Assembly: GCF_964059055.1 (NCBI RefSeq)
Contig: NZ_OZ060386.1
Coordinates: 60,001-92,000, forward strand
Source: Buchnera aphidicola (Neophyllaphis podocarpi)
GTDB taxonomy: Bacteria > Pseudomonadota > Gammaproteobacteria > Enterobacterales > Enterobacteriaceae
Length of the DNA: 32,000 nucleotides
Direction: 5' to 3'
The position numbers were made by a program, and so were the translations under genes. The notes under the pieces are model-generated. The model saw only the letters and a program-made list of their open reading frames with translations. It searched no databases and was not told where the DNA came from. Below are positions 17,009 to 28,580 of the stretch, one piece after another; within the stretch, counting starts at the first letter, position 1, and each line of letters starts with the position of its first letter.

Positions 17009-18355
17009 ATGAAATTATCTCTAGATAATTTTATACAAGATACTAAGATGCTGAATCAGTTAATACTTAAATTATTAAATTATGCTAAATGTAAAACTGA
17101 TGGAATAGAAATTACAATAAATAAAAATTTTGGAATTAATTTAAATGTTAGACATGGTAAATTAGAAAATATAGAATTTAATAATAATAATATTTCATAT
17201 ATTACTATTTATTATAAGAATCGTAAAAGTATTGTTTCGTCTACTAATTTAAATTATTCATCTATGATAAATATCATAGATCACGGAATAAATATAGCTA
17301 AATATTCTTCATTAGATAAAGATTGCTTTATGGTAGATAGATCTTTATTAGCTTTTAATTTTAAGGAAATTGATTTATTTTTTCCTTTTTGTTTTGATAT
17401 TAATAAAGCATTAAATTTTGCTATAAATTCTGAAATATCAGCACTGAATTATAGTAGTAAAATTATTAATACAGAAGGTAGTAGTTTTTCGAGTAATATT
17501 AGTTGTTTTTTGTTTGGTAATAGTAATTATATGATAGGAAATTATTATAGTAGCATGCATTCTATATCAACTTCAGTTATTTCTAAATCTAAAAAAGGAA
17601 TGGAAAGAGATTATGATTATACAATTAGTCGCGATATTTTAGATTTAAAATCTCCAGAAGATGTAGGTAAAGAAAGTGCTCGTAAGGCTTTATTAAAATT
17701 ATCACCTTGCAAAATTAAAACTACTAAATTACCAGTTATTTTTTCTTCAGATATTTCATATAGTCTCTTTTCGCATTTAGCAGAATCTATAGATGGGAAT
17801 AAAGTATATCTAAAATCTACTTTCTTATTAAATGATTTTGATACTCAAATATTTCCTTCATGGTTAAATATTTTAGAAGAACCTCATATAAATAAAGGAT
17901 TAGGTTCCAAACCTTTCGATAAAGAAGGTGTAAGAACCCAACCTAATAATATTGTATTAAATGGATTTATTCGTACATTGTTATTGAATAATTATTCTGC
18001 TAATAAATTAAATTTAAAAAGTACGGGTCATTCAAGCGGAATTCATAATTGGTTAATATCAACTTGCAAAATAACATTTAAACAATTATTAAAAAAAATG
18101 CATAAAGGATTATTAATATCAGAATTAATGGGTCAGGGAGTAAATTATATGACTGGTGATTATTCAAGAGGTGCTTCTGGATTTTTTATAGAAAATGGAG
18201 TTATAAAGCATCCTGTTAAAGAGATTACTATAGCTGGAAATTTAAAATTTATTTGGAGGAATATAATTAGTATTAGTAATAATGATATAAATATAAATCA
18301 TAAAATTCGTTGCGGTTCTATATTATTATCATCTTTAAATATATCAGGTTATTAA
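17009..18355 (+). CDS. pmbA: Metalloprotease PmbA (TldE)
   Basis: The product is collinear with E. coli PmbA (NTEGSSFSS, MERDYDYTI, STFLL, PFDKEGVRT, GDYSRGASGFFIENG, ITIAGNL). I set the start at the ATG at 17009, which has GGAG 8 nt upstream (16997-17000) and gives 448 aa against about 450 in E. coli. The ORF-track start at 16907 adds 34 unmatched residues and reaches to 13 nt from the ppa start. Confidence 0.9.
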   Translation: MKLSLDNFIQDTKMLNQLILKLLNYAKCKTDGIEITINKNFGINLNVRHGKLENIEFNNNNISYITIYYKNRKSIVSSTNLNYSSMINIIDHGINIAKYSSLDKDCFMVDRSLLAFNFKEIDLFFPFCFDINKALNFAINSEISALNYSSKIINTEGSSFSSNISCFLFGNSNYMIGNYYSSMHSISTSVISKSKKGMERDYDYTISRDILDLKSPEDVGKESARKALLKLSPCKIKTTKLPVIFSSDISYSLFSHLAESIDGNKVYLKSTFLLNDFDTQIFPSWLNILEEPHINKGLGSKPFDKEGVRTQPNNIVLNGFIRTLLLNNYSANKLNLKSTGHSSGIHNWLISTCKITFKQLLKKMHKGLLISELMGQGVNYMTGDYSRGASGFFIENGVIKHPVKEITIAGNLKFIWRNIISISNNDININHKIRCGSILLSSLNISGY

Positions 18356-18365
18356 TTTTTTAAAT

Positions 18366-18791
18366 ATTTAAGCTGATCTATAAGCCGGATTCTGTATTTA
18401 GATAGTCATTTATCTAGACTAATAATTGCTTATTAGTTCAAGCAGCTTACCCAGATTTAGTTTTAGAGCGAACTTGTAATAATAATAAAAAATTTTTAAC
18501 AATTTTATTAATTACATAAATCTTTATTTAGCCTTGCTCTAGGTGGAGTTTACATAGCCACTAACTATTACTAGTTGTGCGGTGTGCTTTTACCACTCCT
18601 TTTCACCCTTACTATATAAAATTATTAATAAATAATATAATAATTTTATTAAGCGGTTTTTTTTCTGTTGCACTAGTCGTGAGTTTTTTATTAACTCCCC
18701 AGTTATTATCTGGCACCTTGCTCTAAAAGAGTCCGGACTTTCCTCTTCTTTTTATGTTTTTATAAAAAGAAGCGACTATCCGATCAGCTTA
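18366..18791 (-). ncRNA. rnpB: RNase P RNA (M1 RNA, bacterial type A)
   Basis: The reverse complement carries the universal core in order: AAGCTGATCGGATAGTCGC (P1/P2), GAGGAAAGTCCGGAC (P4), GGTGCCAG, ACGACTAGTGCAACAGAAA, GTAAGGGTGAAAAGGAGTGGTAAAAGCACACCGC, GTAAACTCCACCTAGAGCAAGGCTAAATA, GGGTAAGCTGCTTGAAC, CTAGATAAATGACT and ACAGAATCCGGCTTATAGATCAGCTT (P4/P1 closing). No ORF is called here. The ends are approximate to about 5 nt. Confidence 0.93.
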
Positions 18792-18854
18792 AAATTACTT
18801 AAATTTAATAATTAAGTTATAAATAATATTATAGTATTTTACATTTGTCATTTG

Positions 18855-19730
18855 TTATTTTTTTATTGAATTTTTATATAATAGATTTCTCTTAATATTA
18901 AAATTATTTTTTATTATTTCTATAGATTCTTTTTTTGTTTTGTATTTTTGTAATATATCAAAAATTGTAAGTATATTTTTAGGAATTTCTTTTTTTATTT
19001 TTGATTTTTTATTTTTTTTATACCCTTCTATTAAAACAACTATTTCTCCTTTTCTTTTTATTTTATTTTTTTTAATTAATGTTAATATTTCTTTACATTT
19101 TATTTTGTATGTTTTTTCCCAATATTTTGTAATTTCTATTGCTAGTACTATATGTCTATTTTCATCAAAAATTTCTGCCATATCTTTTAAAGTTGATAAT
19201 ATTCTATGGCTAGATTCATATAAAATAATAGTTCGTTTTTCTTTTTTTATTTCTTTTAAGTATTTATATCTTTCTTTTTTATTTCTAGGTAAATACCCGT
19301 CAAAACAGAATTTATTTGTAGTTAATCCTGAAGTAATTAAAGCTGTGATTAAAGAACATGCTCCAGGTAATGAAATTATTTTTATTCCGATTTCTTTACA
19401 ATGTTTAACTAAGTTATACCCAGGATCATTAATTAAAGGTGTTCCTGCGCTTGATACGAGAGCTGCACTTAATCCATTTTTTATTTTTTTTGCTATTTTT
19501 TTATACTTTTGATTTTCGTTAAAATTATTCATTGATATTAGAACATGTTTTTTAATATCAAATTTTTTTAATAAGTTATTTGTAATTCTTGTATCTTCTG
19601 CTACTATTATATTAACTTTTTTTAGTATATTAATAGCTCTATATGTTATGTCACCCATGTTTCCTATAGGAGTAGGTATTATATATAAAGAATTTTTATA
19701 AAATGTATTTGTTTTAATTTTTGTTTTCAT
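18855..19730 (-). CDS. rsmI: 16S rRNA (cytidine1402-2'-O)-methyltransferase RsmI (YraL)
   Basis: The 291-aa product has LYIIPTPIGNMGDIT, VAEDTR, SAGTPLINDPGY, FDGYLP and ILYESSHR, and is collinear with E. coli RsmI. Confidence 0.92.
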   Translation of the reverse strand: MKTKIKTNTFYKNSLYIIPTPIGNMGDITYRAINILKKVNIIVAEDTRITNNLLKKFDIKKHVLISMNNFNENQKYKKIAKKIKNGLSAALVSSAGTPLINDPGYNLVKHCKEIGIKIISLPGACSLITALITSGLTTNKFCFDGYLPRNKKERYKYLKEIKKEKRTIILYESSHRILSTLKDMAEIFDENRHIVLAIEITKYWEKTYKIKCKEILTLIKKNKIKRKGEIVVLIEGYKKNKKSKIKKEIPKNILTIFDILQKYKTKKESIEIIKNNFNIKRNLLYKNSIKK

Positions 19731-19930
19731 ATTTTTATGTTAATAATTTTTTAAATTTATTTTTATGTTTTTAGTACTAACTAAATATCTATATAACCTT
19801 TATATAACTATTTAGAATATACGTTCTATATCACTATTTTAATATAAAATTTATTTTTAATTTATCATTCTTGTAATTTATTTTTTTATTCTTTTTATTA
19901 GTTCTGATAAAAATTATAGGAGATATTTCA

Positions 19931-21151
19931 TTGAATCGTGTAGTTATTACTGGTTTAGGAATAGTTTCTAGTATTGGTAATAATCAGGAAAAAGTTTCTG
20001 CATCTTTATTTAATTCTACATCTGGTGTTGTATTTTCTAAGCATATGAAAGATATTGGTATGAGAAGTCATGTTTTAGGAGAGATTAAATTAAATAATGT
20101 AAATATAATTAAAAGAAAATTCCTTCGTTTTATGAGTGATGCTTCAATATATTCTTATATTGCTATGTATGATGCGATCACCGATTCAAATTTACAACCA
20201 GAAATATATCAAAAAAATTCTAGAGTTGGTATAATAGCTGGTTCTGGAGCAGGTTCTCCTCATTTTCAAGTTGTAGCTGCTGATGCTATGCGTAGTATTA
20301 AAGGGTTAAAATCTGTAAGTCCATATATTGTTACTAAATCAATGACTTCTGGAATTTCTGCATGTTTGTCCATTGCTTTTAATATATATGGTATAAGTTA
20401 TTCAGTTAGTTCTGCTTGTTCTACCTCTAGTAATTGTATTGGTAATGCTTTTGAACAGATTAAATTAGGTAAACAAGATATTATATTTGCTGGAGGAGGA
20501 GAAGAAATTAGCTGGGAACTGTCATGTGAATTTGATGCTATGGGTGTTTTATCTACCAGGTATAATTCAACTCCTTATCTTGCCTCTCGTGCTTATGATA
20601 TTGATAGAGATGGATTTGTAATTTCCGGAGGTGCTGGTATATTAGTTTTAGAAGAACTTTCTCATGCTTTATCTCGTAAAGCTAATATATATGCAGAAAT
20701 AGTTGGTTACGGTTTAGCTTCAGATGGAGAAGATATGGTTTATCCTTCTGGGAGTGGAGCTTTTAGATGCATGAAAATGGCTTTAAAAAATATTGATAAA
20801 AATAAAGTAGATTATATTAATTCTCATGGTACTTCAACTCGCGCAGGTGATCAAATAGAATTAAAAGCAATAAAAAAATTATTTAAAGAACATATTCCAT
20901 ATATATCTTCTACTAAATCTATTACAGGTCATTCTTTAGGGGCAGCAGGAGTACATGAAATTATTTATTGTTTATTAATGATGAAATATAATTTTATTGC
21001 TCCAAGTGTAAATATCAATCATTTAGACCCATCAGGGTATAATATGAATATTTTAACTAATTTATTAAGAACGCAAATCAATACTTTTATTTCAAATAGT
21101 TTTGGTTTTGGTGGTACAAATGTAACTTTAGCAATTCAAAGATACTTTTAA
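19931..21151 (+). CDS. fabB: 3-oxoacyl-ACP synthase I
   Basis: The 406-aa product uses a TTG start at 19931 with AGGAG a few nt upstream. It has VVITGLGIVSSIGNNQ, the active-site region SSACSTSSNCIG, SHGTSTRAGD, GHSLGAAG and NSFGFGGTN, and is collinear with E. coli FabB. Confidence 0.95.
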   Translation: MNRVVITGLGIVSSIGNNQEKVSASLFNSTSGVVFSKHMKDIGMRSHVLGEIKLNNVNIIKRKFLRFMSDASIYSYIAMYDAITDSNLQPEIYQKNSRVGIIAGSGAGSPHFQVVAADAMRSIKGLKSVSPYIVTKSMTSGISACLSIAFNIYGISYSVSSACSTSSNCIGNAFEQIKLGKQDIIFAGGGEEISWELSCEFDAMGVLSTRYNSTPYLASRAYDIDRDGFVISGGAGILVLEELSHALSRKANIYAEIVGYGLASDGEDMVYPSGSGAFRCMKMALKNIDKNKVDYINSHGTSTRAGDQIELKAIKKLFKEHIPYISSTKSITGHSLGAAGVHEIIYCLLMMKYNFIAPSVNINHLDPSGYNMNILTNLLRTQINTFISNSFGFGGTNVTLAIQRYF

Positions 21152-21380
21152 TTTTTTATATTTTATGTTTATCAAATGTAATATTTAAATGTATTTAGAT
21201 TAATAATTACTATTATACTAGTTTACCTATTTTTAATTTTATTTTTTGATTAATTAATAGTAAATTATTTTAATATTTTATTTTTTTAATATAGGTTTCT
21301 TAATTTTTATTTTCAAACCAATATTAAAATTTATATAAAATTTTTTTAAAAGTTAATTTTATTTTTGTAAGGATGCAATT

Positions 21381-22334
21381 ATGAGTCTTTTGCAGTCTCT
21401 AAAAAATTTTACGACTGTTGTTGTTGATAGTAGTGATATAAATACAATTAGAAAATATCATCCATATGATGCTACAACAAATCCTTCTTTGATTCTAAAA
21501 TCAGTAAACTTAAAAAGTTATGAACATATTATCAATTCTTCCATAAAGTATGCTAAAAAAAAAGGAGGTAATTATAAGAAACAAATAAGTAATGCAGCAG
21601 ATAAGGTTGCAGTAAATTTTGGTATTGAAATTTTAAAAGAAATTCCTGGTAGAGTATCTACAGAAATAGATGCTCGTTTATCTTTTAATACTGAATTATG
21701 TATTAAAAAATCAAAAAAAATTATTAAAATGTATGAAGATTCTGGTGTAAATCGTTCTAAAGTTCTTATAAAATTAGCCGCTACTTGGGAATGTATTCTT
21801 GCTGCAAAAGAATTAAAGAAAGATAATATACAATGTAATTTAACTCTTGTTTTTTCTTTTGCTCAAGCTAGAGCTTGTGCTGAGTCTGGAGTATTTTTGA
21901 TTTCTCCTTTTGTTGGCCGTATTTATGATTGGTATAAAAATACAGGAAGAATTGATAATTATATACCATCTAATGATCCTGGAGTTCTATCAGTTCAGAA
22001 AATATATTTTTATTATAAAAAATATAATTATAACACTATAATTATGGGGGCTAGTTTTAGAAATATAGAACAGATATTATCTTTATGTGGATGTGATAAA
22101 TTAACTATATCTCCTGAATTATTAGAACAATTAAATTGTACATCTGGGATAGCCACAGAAAAATTATTCTATAATGAACATATTTATTATGATAAACCTA
22201 AGAAATTATCTGTTTCTGATTTTTATTGGCAGCATAATCAAGATTCTATGGCTGTAGAAAAATTATCTGAAGGTATTCGTCAGTTTGCTATAGATCAAGA
22301 TAAATTAGAAACTATATTATCTTGTAGATTATAG
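21381..22334 (+). CDS. talA: Transaldolase
   Basis: The 317-aa product has [62 protein letters not shown] and MGASFRN. I chose the talA symbol because tktB follows directly, as in the E. coli talA-tktB operon. Confidence 0.93.
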   Translation: MSLLQSLKNFTTVVVDSSDINTIRKYHPYDATTNPSLILKSVNLKSYEHIINSSIKYAKKKGGNYKKQISNAADKVAVNFGIEILKEIPGRVSTEIDARLSFNTELCIKKSKKIIKMYEDSGVNRSKVLIKLAATWECILAAKELKKDNIQCNLTLVFSFAQARACAESGVFLISPFVGRIYDWYKNTGRIDNYIPSNDPGVLSVQKIYFYYKKYNYNTIIMGASFRNIEQILSLCGCDKLTISPELLEQLNCTSGIATEKLFYNEHIYYDKPKKLSVSDFYWQHNQDSMAVEKLSEGIRQFAIDQDKLETILSCRL

Positions 22335-22383
22335 GAACATTATAATTTTATTGAAAATACATAAATAATAGGTATAAAATATT

Positions 22384-24396
22384 ATGACTTCACGTAAAGA
22401 ATTAGCTAATGCAATTCGTATGTTAAGTATAAATGCTGTTCAGAAAGCAAATTCTGGTCATCCTGGAGCTCCTATGGGTATGGCTGATATAGCAGAAGTT
22501 TTGTGGAGAAGTTTTATTAAACATAATCCATTGAATCCTTTATGGGATAATAGAGATAGATTTATTTTATCTAATGGACATAGTTCAATATTGCTATATA
22601 GTATATTGCATTTGACAGGATATGATATATCTATAGAAGATATAAAAAATTTTCGTCAACTTAATTCTAAAACTCCCGGTCATCCAGAAATTAATTGCTG
22701 TCCTGGTGTTGAGACTACCACAGGACCTTTAGGTCAAGGTTTAGCTATGGCAGTTGGTATGGCTATTGCTGAAAAAATTTTAGGATCTTTTTTTAATCGT
22801 AGAAATTATCATATAATTGATCATCATACTTGGGTATTTGTAGGTGATGGCTGTTTAATGGAAGGTATTTCTCATGAAGTTTGTTCTCTAGCTGGTACTT
22901 TAGGTTTAGGTAAATTAATTGTACTTTATGATAATAATGGTATTTCTATAGATGGAAAAGTAAATAAATGGTTTACAGATAATACAAATCATCGCTTTAG
23001 TTCTTATAATTGGCATGTATTAGATAATATAGATGGTCATGACTCAGAAAAAATTTATAAGGCTATCAATATAGCTAAAAAAGTTTTAGACAAACCTTCT
23101 ATTATTATTTTTAATACTACTATTGGTTTTGGTTCTCCAAATAAATCAGGCAAATCAGAAGTTCATGGCGCTCCTTTAGGTCAAAAAGAAGTAGAATTAA
23201 CCAAAAAAAATTTAGGTTGGCAATATTCTCCATTTAAAATTCCTGATCATATTTATAAAAAATGGAATGCACATGAATCAGGCGTAAGATTAGAGTCTGA
23301 ATGGAATAAGATTTTTTTATTATATCAAGAAAAATATCCTGATTTAGCTTTAGAATATAAACGTCGAAAATTAAAACAACTTCCTATAGTTTGGAATAAA
23401 AAAATTAATGATTTTATTTTTAAGTTATCTAAAAATCCTGAGAATATTGCTACCAGACAAGCTTCAAAAAATTTTTTAGATTGTTTAGGTAAAATATTAC
23501 CAGAATTGTTAGGAGGATCTGCTGATTTAACTCCTAGTAATTTAACTAAATGGTCAGGGTCAAAATCTATTTCTAATAATAATTTTCTTGGTAATTATAT
23601 ACATTTCGGTGTGCGAGAGTTTGGTATGACAGCTATAGCTAATGGGATTTATCAGTATGGTGGTTTTATACCTTATACTTCTACATTTTTGATGTTTGTA
23701 GAATATGCCCGTAATGCAGTTAGAATGTCAGCTTTAATGAAAGTGCATCAAATTTTAGTTTATACGCATGATTCTATTGGATTAGGTGAAGATGGTCCAA
23801 CACATCAACCAATTGAGCAACTTTCTAGCTTAAGATTAACTCCTGATTTAAGTGTATGGAGACCTTGTGATCAGTTAGAAACTGCTATTGCATGGAAATA
23901 TGCCATAGAGCATAATAAACATCCAAGTGCTTTGATTTTATCACGTCAGAATTTGCCGCAAATTTCACGTGATATAAATCAAATAAATAATATTTCACGA
24001 GGAGGTTATATTTTAAGGGATTGCAATCGAATACCAGATTTAATTTTTATATCTACAGGATCTGAATTACATTTAACAGTTTTAGCTTTTGATAGTTTAG
24101 TTTCAGAAGGATATGCTATAAGAGTTATTTCTATGCCTTCTACCGATGTATTCGATATTCAAGATCCTAGTTATCGTGAATTTGTTATGCCTTCTATAGT
24201 TAAATTACGTATTGTTGTTGAAGCAGGTGTTTCTGACTTTTGGTATAAATATGTTGGATTAGATGGCAAGGTAATTGGCATTAATTCGTTTGGCGAATCT
24301 GCTCCTGGAGATTTATTATTTAATAAATTTGGTTTTACTCTAAAAAATATTATTAAACAATCAAAATCTATGCTTGAGTTTTCTAAAAACAAATAA
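22384..24396 (+). CDS. tktB: Transketolase
   Basis: The 670-aa product has [22 protein letters not shown], the TPP-binding [19 protein letters not shown] and [18 protein letters not shown], and is collinear with E. coli transketolase. Confidence 0.96.
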   Translation: MTSRKELANAIRMLSINAVQKANSGHPGAPMGMADIAEVLWRSFIKHNPLNPLWDNRDRFILSNGHSSILLYSILHLTGYDISIEDIKNFRQLNSKTPGHPEINCCPGVETTTGPLGQGLAMAVGMAIAEKILGSFFNRRNYHIIDHHTWVFVGDGCLMEGISHEVCSLAGTLGLGKLIVLYDNNGISIDGKVNKWFTDNTNHRFSSYNWHVLDNIDGHDSEKIYKAINIAKKVLDKPSIIIFNTTIGFGSPNKSGKSEVHGAPLGQKEVELTKKNLGWQYSPFKIPDHIYKKWNAHESGVRLESEWNKIFLLYQEKYPDLALEYKRRKLKQLPIVWNKKINDFIFKLSKNPENIATRQASKNFLDCLGKILPELLGGSADLTPSNLTKWSGSKSISNNNFLGNYIHFGVREFGMTAIANGIYQYGGFIPYTSTFLMFVEYARNAVRMSALMKVHQILVYTHDSIGLGEDGPTHQPIEQLSSLRLTPDLSVWRPCDQLETAIAWKYAIEHNKHPSALILSRQNLPQISRDINQINNISRGGYILRDCNRIPDLIFISTGSELHLTVLAFDSLVSEGYAIRVISMPSTDVFDIQDPSYREFVMPSIVKLRIVVEAGVSDFWYKYVGLDGKVIGINSFGESAPGDLLFNKFGFTLKNIIKQSKSMLEFSKNK

Positions 24397-24455
24397 TTTT
24401 TAGGTTTTATTTATTTAAATTTTAATTATAATGTAAAAATTAAGGAATTTTATAT

Positions 24456-25583
24456 ATGTCATGTCCAGTAACTAAATTAGCACAAAAGCTTATTTATTTA
24501 CCTTCTATAAGTCCGCATGATTTAGGATGTCAAAAAATTATAATAAATCGTTTATTGAAAATTGGCTTTAATATTGAAGATTTTAAAATTAATAATACAG
24601 ATAATTTTTGGGCATGGCGTGGTACAGGTAAAACATTAAATTTTCTTGGTCATACTGATGTAGTTCCTTCAGGACCTGTAATAAAATGGAAACATCATCC
24701 TTTTAAATCTATCATAAAGAATGGAGTTTTATTTGGTAGAGGTGCTTCTGATATGAAAGGAGCATTAGCTGCTATGATAATAGCTGTAGAAAATTTTGTA
24801 TTCTTTAATCCAAGGCATATAGGAAGAATATCATTTATTATTACTTCTGATGAAGAATCAAATGCTGAAGACGGTACTAAAAAAGTAGTAGAAAAATTAA
24901 TAGCTAAGAATGAATTTATAGATTATTGTTTAGTTGGAGAACCCACTAGTAACTTATTCTTAGGAGATTGTATTAAAAATGGAAGAAGAGGTTCTTTAAA
25001 CGCTTATTTGATAATATTTGGTATTCAAGGTCATATTGCTTATCCTTATTTAGCTGATAATCCTATACATAAATCTTTATCTATATTAAAAGAGTTAATT
25101 AATCATGAATGGAGTAAAGAGAATAATTTTTTCTCAAAGACACAAATTCAAATATCTAATATTAATTCTAATAATAATAGTATTAATACAATACCTGGTA
25201 GTTTATTTGTAAATTTTAACTTTCGTTTTAATAATGATACTAATTTTAATGATATAAAGTTAAATTTTGAAAAGTTATTAATAAAACATAAAATAAAATA
25301 TTCAATTAAATGGAATTTATCTGGAAATCCTTTTATAACAAAAAAAGGTAAATTATTAGATACGGTTATTAATTCTATTAAACATTATACTTCTAAAGAA
25401 CCTGAATTATCTACAAGTGGCGGCACTTCTGATGGAAGATTTTTTCATTCTATTGGTTCAGAAGTAATTGAGTTTGGTTTGTTAAACAAAACTATACATA
25501 AAATTAATGAATGTGTTAATATTTCAGATTTAAAAATGTTAAGTTCGATTTATTATAAAATAATAGAAAAAATTTTTATCTAA
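24456..25583 (+). CDS. dapE: Succinyl-diaminopimelate desuccinylase
   Basis: The 375-aa product begins MSCPVTKLAQKLI..PSISP and has GHTDVVP, GRGASDMKGALAAM, SDEE, VGEPTS, NGRRGSL, TSGGTSDGRF and IHKINECV. It is collinear with E. coli DapE. Confidence 0.96.
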   Translation: MSCPVTKLAQKLIYLPSISPHDLGCQKIIINRLLKIGFNIEDFKINNTDNFWAWRGTGKTLNFLGHTDVVPSGPVIKWKHHPFKSIIKNGVLFGRGASDMKGALAAMIIAVENFVFFNPRHIGRISFIITSDEESNAEDGTKKVVEKLIAKNEFIDYCLVGEPTSNLFLGDCIKNGRRGSLNAYLIIFGIQGHIAYPYLADNPIHKSLSILKELINHEWSKENNFFSKTQIQISNINSNNNSINTIPGSLFVNFNFRFNNDTNFNDIKLNFEKLLIKHKIKYSIKWNLSGNPFITKKGKLLDTVINSIKHYTSKEPELSTSGGTSDGRFFHSIGSEVIEFGLLNKTIHKINECVNISDLKMLSSIYYKIIEKIFI

Positions 25584-25592
25584 TTCAATTTG

Positions 25593-25623
25593 GTCTGTCA
25601 GTAATAACTGTTTACTAACAGAC
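25593..25623. terminator. Imperfect hairpin between convergent dapE and dapA; weak bidirectional terminator candidate
   Basis: gtctgtcagtaa (25593-25604) pairs with ttactaacagac (25612-25623) with one mismatch and a 7-nt loop. It is one of the few G/C-containing stems in this spacer. There is no strong U-tract. Confidence 0.3.
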
Positions 25624-25659
25624 TCATATGATTTTTGTATAAAATTATATTTTTATTAA

Positions 25660-26538
25660 TTAAATATTTTTAATTTTTAAAATTTCTTTTTTTAATAATA
25701 ATTTATTTTTATAAGAAAGTTTTGTCATAGGTAATCTTAGTTTATCACTTTTTATTAATCCTATTTTTTTTGCAGCCCATTTTATTGGAATTGGATTAGG
25801 TTCTATAAATAATTTATTATGTAATTTTATTAGAAATTTATTTATTTTTCTTGCTTCTAAAAAATTTCCTTTTAATGCTAAAGAACATATTTTTGCCATA
25901 TATTTTGCTGCTATATTGGCTGTTACCGATATTACTCCTACACCACCTAATTGTATAAAATCTAATGCTGTTGCATCATCTCCGCTTAATAATAAAAACT
26001 TTTCACTCACTAATTCTAATATCTTATTTATCCTAGACAAATCACCTGTAGCTTCTTTTATTCCTATAATATTTTTTATTTTTGCTAATCTAGATATTGT
26101 TTTAGGTAATAAATCACATCCTGTACGAGTGGGAACATTGTATAAAATTTGTGGTATATCTGTATTTTCTGCTATACATTTAAAATGCTGGTATAGTCCT
26201 TCTTGTGTTGGTTTGTTGTAATAAGGAGTTACTGTTAAACAACCAGAAATTCCTGAATTTTCAAATCTTTTGGTTAATGAAATTCCTTCAGATGTAGAAT
26301 TAGCTCCTGTACCGGCAATAATAGGAATACGATTATCTGCTATTTCAAGAGTTTTCATTACAACTTGAATATGTTCTTCTTGATTTAGAGTTGCTGATTC
26401 TCCTGTTGTACCTACAGAAACAATTGCAGATGTTTGATTCTTAATATGATATTCAATTAGTTTTTTTAAACTATTACAACAGATAGATCCTTTTTCATCC
26501 ATTGGTGTTATTAAAGCAACAATACTTCCTCTGAACAT
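25660..26538 (-). CDS. dapA: 4-hydroxy-tetrahydrodipicolinate synthase
   Basis: The 292-aa product has [51 protein letters not shown] and GIKEATG, and is collinear with E. coli DapA. Confidence 0.97.
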   Translation of the reverse strand: MFRGSIVALITPMDEKGSICCNSLKKLIEYHIKNQTSAIVSVGTTGESATLNQEEHIQVVMKTLEIADNRIPIIAGTGANSTSEGISLTKRFENSGISGCLTVTPYYNKPTQEGLYQHFKCIAENTDIPQILYNVPTRTGCDLLPKTISRLAKIKNIIGIKEATGDLSRINKILELVSEKFLLLSGDDATALDFIQLGGVGVISVTANIAAKYMAKICSLALKGNFLEARKINKFLIKLHNKLFIEPNPIPIKWAAKKIGLIKSDKLRLPMTKLSYKNKLLLKKEILKIKNI

Positions 26539-26634
26539 TTTCTATCCTTTAATATAATAAAATACATAAAAGTTTTTATTTTTTATAGATATGAATCTTA
26601 TAATGTAGATTATATATCTATATTAATTTTTTAA

Positions 26635-27699
26635 TTAAATAAAATTACATTGAGCTTTATATCTTAATATATGATCCATAATAATTATTGATATCATAGC
26701 CTCTGCTATTGGTACAGCCCTAATTCCAACGCAAGGATCATGTCTTCCTTTTGTAATAATTATTTTGTTTTCTCCTTTATTATTTATTGTTTTTCCTGGT
26801 TTCCTTATACTAGAAGTTGGTTTTAATGCTATTTTAGCTATAATGTTTTGTCCGCTACTAATTCCCCCTAAAATACCACCAGAATGATTACTTAAAAATT
26901 TTTGATTATAAATTTCATCCCTATTTTCACTTCCTTTTTGTTTTATTACCTTAAAACCATCTCCTATTTCTACTCCTTTTACAGCATTAATACTCATTAG
27001 TGCATGAGCTAAATCTGCATCTAATTTGTCAAATACTGGATCTCCTAGTCCTACAGGTACATTTTCAGCAATAATTTTAATTTTAGCTCCTATAGAATCA
27101 CCTTCTTTTATTAAATTTTTTATTAAATTTTCTAACATATTTATTTGATTTTTATTTGGACAAAAAAAATTATTATTTTCTACATATTTCCATCCTTCGA
27201 AATTACACTTTATGTTTCCTATTTGTTGAATAAAGCCCCTAATTTTTATTTTATATATTTTATATAAATATTTTTTTGCAAAAGCGCCAGCTGCAACTCT
27301 CATTGTTGTTTCTCTAGCAGACGATCTTCCTCCTCCTCTAAAATCTCTTATTTTATACTTTTTTTCATACGTATAGTCCGCATGACCTGGTCTAAATAAA
27401 TCTTTAATTTTATCATAGTCTTGAGATTTTTGATCTTTATTATGAACTAATAATCCAATACTAGTTCCAGTGGTAGTTCCATTAAAAATTCCTGATAAAA
27501 TATGAATTTCATCTGTTTCACGTCTTTGTGTTGTAAATCTAGATTTTCCTGGTTTTCTTCTATCTAGTTCTTTTTGTATGTCTTCTTTATTAATTTTGAT
27601 TCCTGGAGGCATTCCATCGATTATACAACCTATTGATTTTCCGTGTGATTCTCCAAAAGTTGTTACTTTAAATATTTTACCTATAGAGTTACCAGGCAT
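26635..27699 (-). CDS. aroC: Chorismate synthase
   Basis: The 354-aa product has [55 protein letters not shown] and GRHDPCVG, and is collinear with E. coli AroC. Confidence 0.97.
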   Translation of the reverse strand: MPGNSIGKIFKVTTFGESHGKSIGCIIDGMPPGIKINKEDIQKELDRRKPGKSRFTTQRRETDEIHILSGIFNGTTTGTSIGLLVHNKDQKSQDYDKIKDLFRPGHADYTYEKKYKIRDFRGGGRSSARETTMRVAAGAFAKKYLYKIYKIKIRGFIQQIGNIKCNFEGWKYVENNNFFCPNKNQINMLENLIKNLIKEGDSIGAKIKIIAENVPVGLGDPVFDKLDADLAHALMSINAVKGVEIGDGFKVIKQKGSENRDEIYNQKFLSNHSGGILGGISSGQNIIAKIALKPTSSIRKPGKTINNKGENKIIITKGRHDPCVGIRAVPIAEAMISIIIMDHILRYKAQCNFI

Positions 27700-27855
27700 A
27701 TGTATTTCCTTTATTTATTAATATATTTATATTTTTTTATATAAAAATATTAAATTTAATAATTATTTTATTGTGTTTTTTTTTTAAAAAATAGTATAAT
27801 ATAGCTCTGAAAATATTTTTATTTAATAAAATTTTAATATTTTACTAAGATAATC

Positions 27856-28380
27856 ATGGAAAATAATAAATCAACTTTTATATCTGATCATGATCTATTC
27901 ATGCTATATTCCAGAGGAACTCGTGTAATAAATCAAGATACTATTTTTCACATATCGAGAAAAAATTCTCACAAAAAATTTTTATCTAATAAAAATTTTT
28001 TTGATAAAGATTCTCATAGTTATTATTTTTCTAATAATAATAATGATATTACATTTACTTATAATCCAGTAAGTTATTTAAAGGATAATAAATACTTTAA
28101 TATTTTTAAGAAATTAAAACAAGGGAATTATAAACCAGATATTACCTTAGATCTTCATGGTTTTAATCAATATGAAGCTAAGAAAGAACTAGGTAGCTTA
28201 ATAAATATATGTATTAAAGAAAAAATATTTTGCGCATGTATTATGCATGGTCATGGTAAAAATATTTTAAAAAAACAAATTCCATTATGGTTATCTCGCC
28301 ATCCTGATATAATAGCATTTTATCAAGCTCCTAAAAATTTCGGTCATACTGCCGCTTTATTTTTTTTAATTGACTTTTAA
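27856..28380 (+). CDS. smrB: Smr-domain ribosome-rescue endonuclease SmrB (YfcN)
   Basis: The 174-aa product has a C-terminal Smr domain (LDLHGFNQYEAKKELGSLI...CACIMHGHGKNILKKQIPLWLSRHPDIIAFYQAP) collinear with E. coli YfcN/SmrB. It is adjacent to aroC, as in E. coli. Confidence 0.88.
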   Translation: MENNKSTFISDHDLFMLYSRGTRVINQDTIFHISRKNSHKKFLSNKNFFDKDSHSYYFSNNNNDITFTYNPVSYLKDNKYFNIFKKLKQGNYKPDITLDLHGFNQYEAKKELGSLINICIKEKIFCACIMHGHGKNILKKQIPLWLSRHPDIIAFYQAPKNFGHTAALFFLIDF

Positions 28381-28521
28381 ATTATTTAAATATTTTAATA
28401 ATAAATTGAATGTTTTCTATTTTTATTCAAATTTTTATTGATTTTTTTCAAACTAAAATTTAAAAATTTTAAAGCTTATTTTAATTAAATTTATTTATTA
28501 TATAGTTTTAAAATGTTTTGA

Positions 28522-28580
28522 TTTTAGTTTTATTTAACCAATATAATCATAAAAATTATATTGGTTAAATAAAACTAAAA
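28522..28580. promoter_or_regulatory. Perfect inverted repeat (26-bp arms, 7-nt loop) abutting the hisG Shine-Dalgarno sequence
   Basis: Positions 28522-28547 (ttttagttttatttaaccaatataat) are the exact reverse complement of 28555-28580 (attatattggttaaataaaactaaaa). The loop is cataaaa. The right arm runs straight into AAAGGG (the SD), 7 nt before the hisG ATG at 28592. Confidence 0.8.

Noticed and set aside
27771-27800. A sigma-70-like promoter (TTGTGT, 18 nt, TATAAT) upstream of smrB, and similar TATAAT-like hexamers in most spacers
   Set aside because: TATAAT-like and TTG-containing hexamers occur everywhere at this base composition, so sequence alone cannot separate real promoters from background. 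I did not report them as features.
28381-28521. Search for a hisL-type leader peptide (a run of His codons) upstream of hisG
   Set aside because: There is no CAT/CAC run and no plausible short ORF in the spacer, so the leader appears to be lost. I recorded it as an absence, not a feature.
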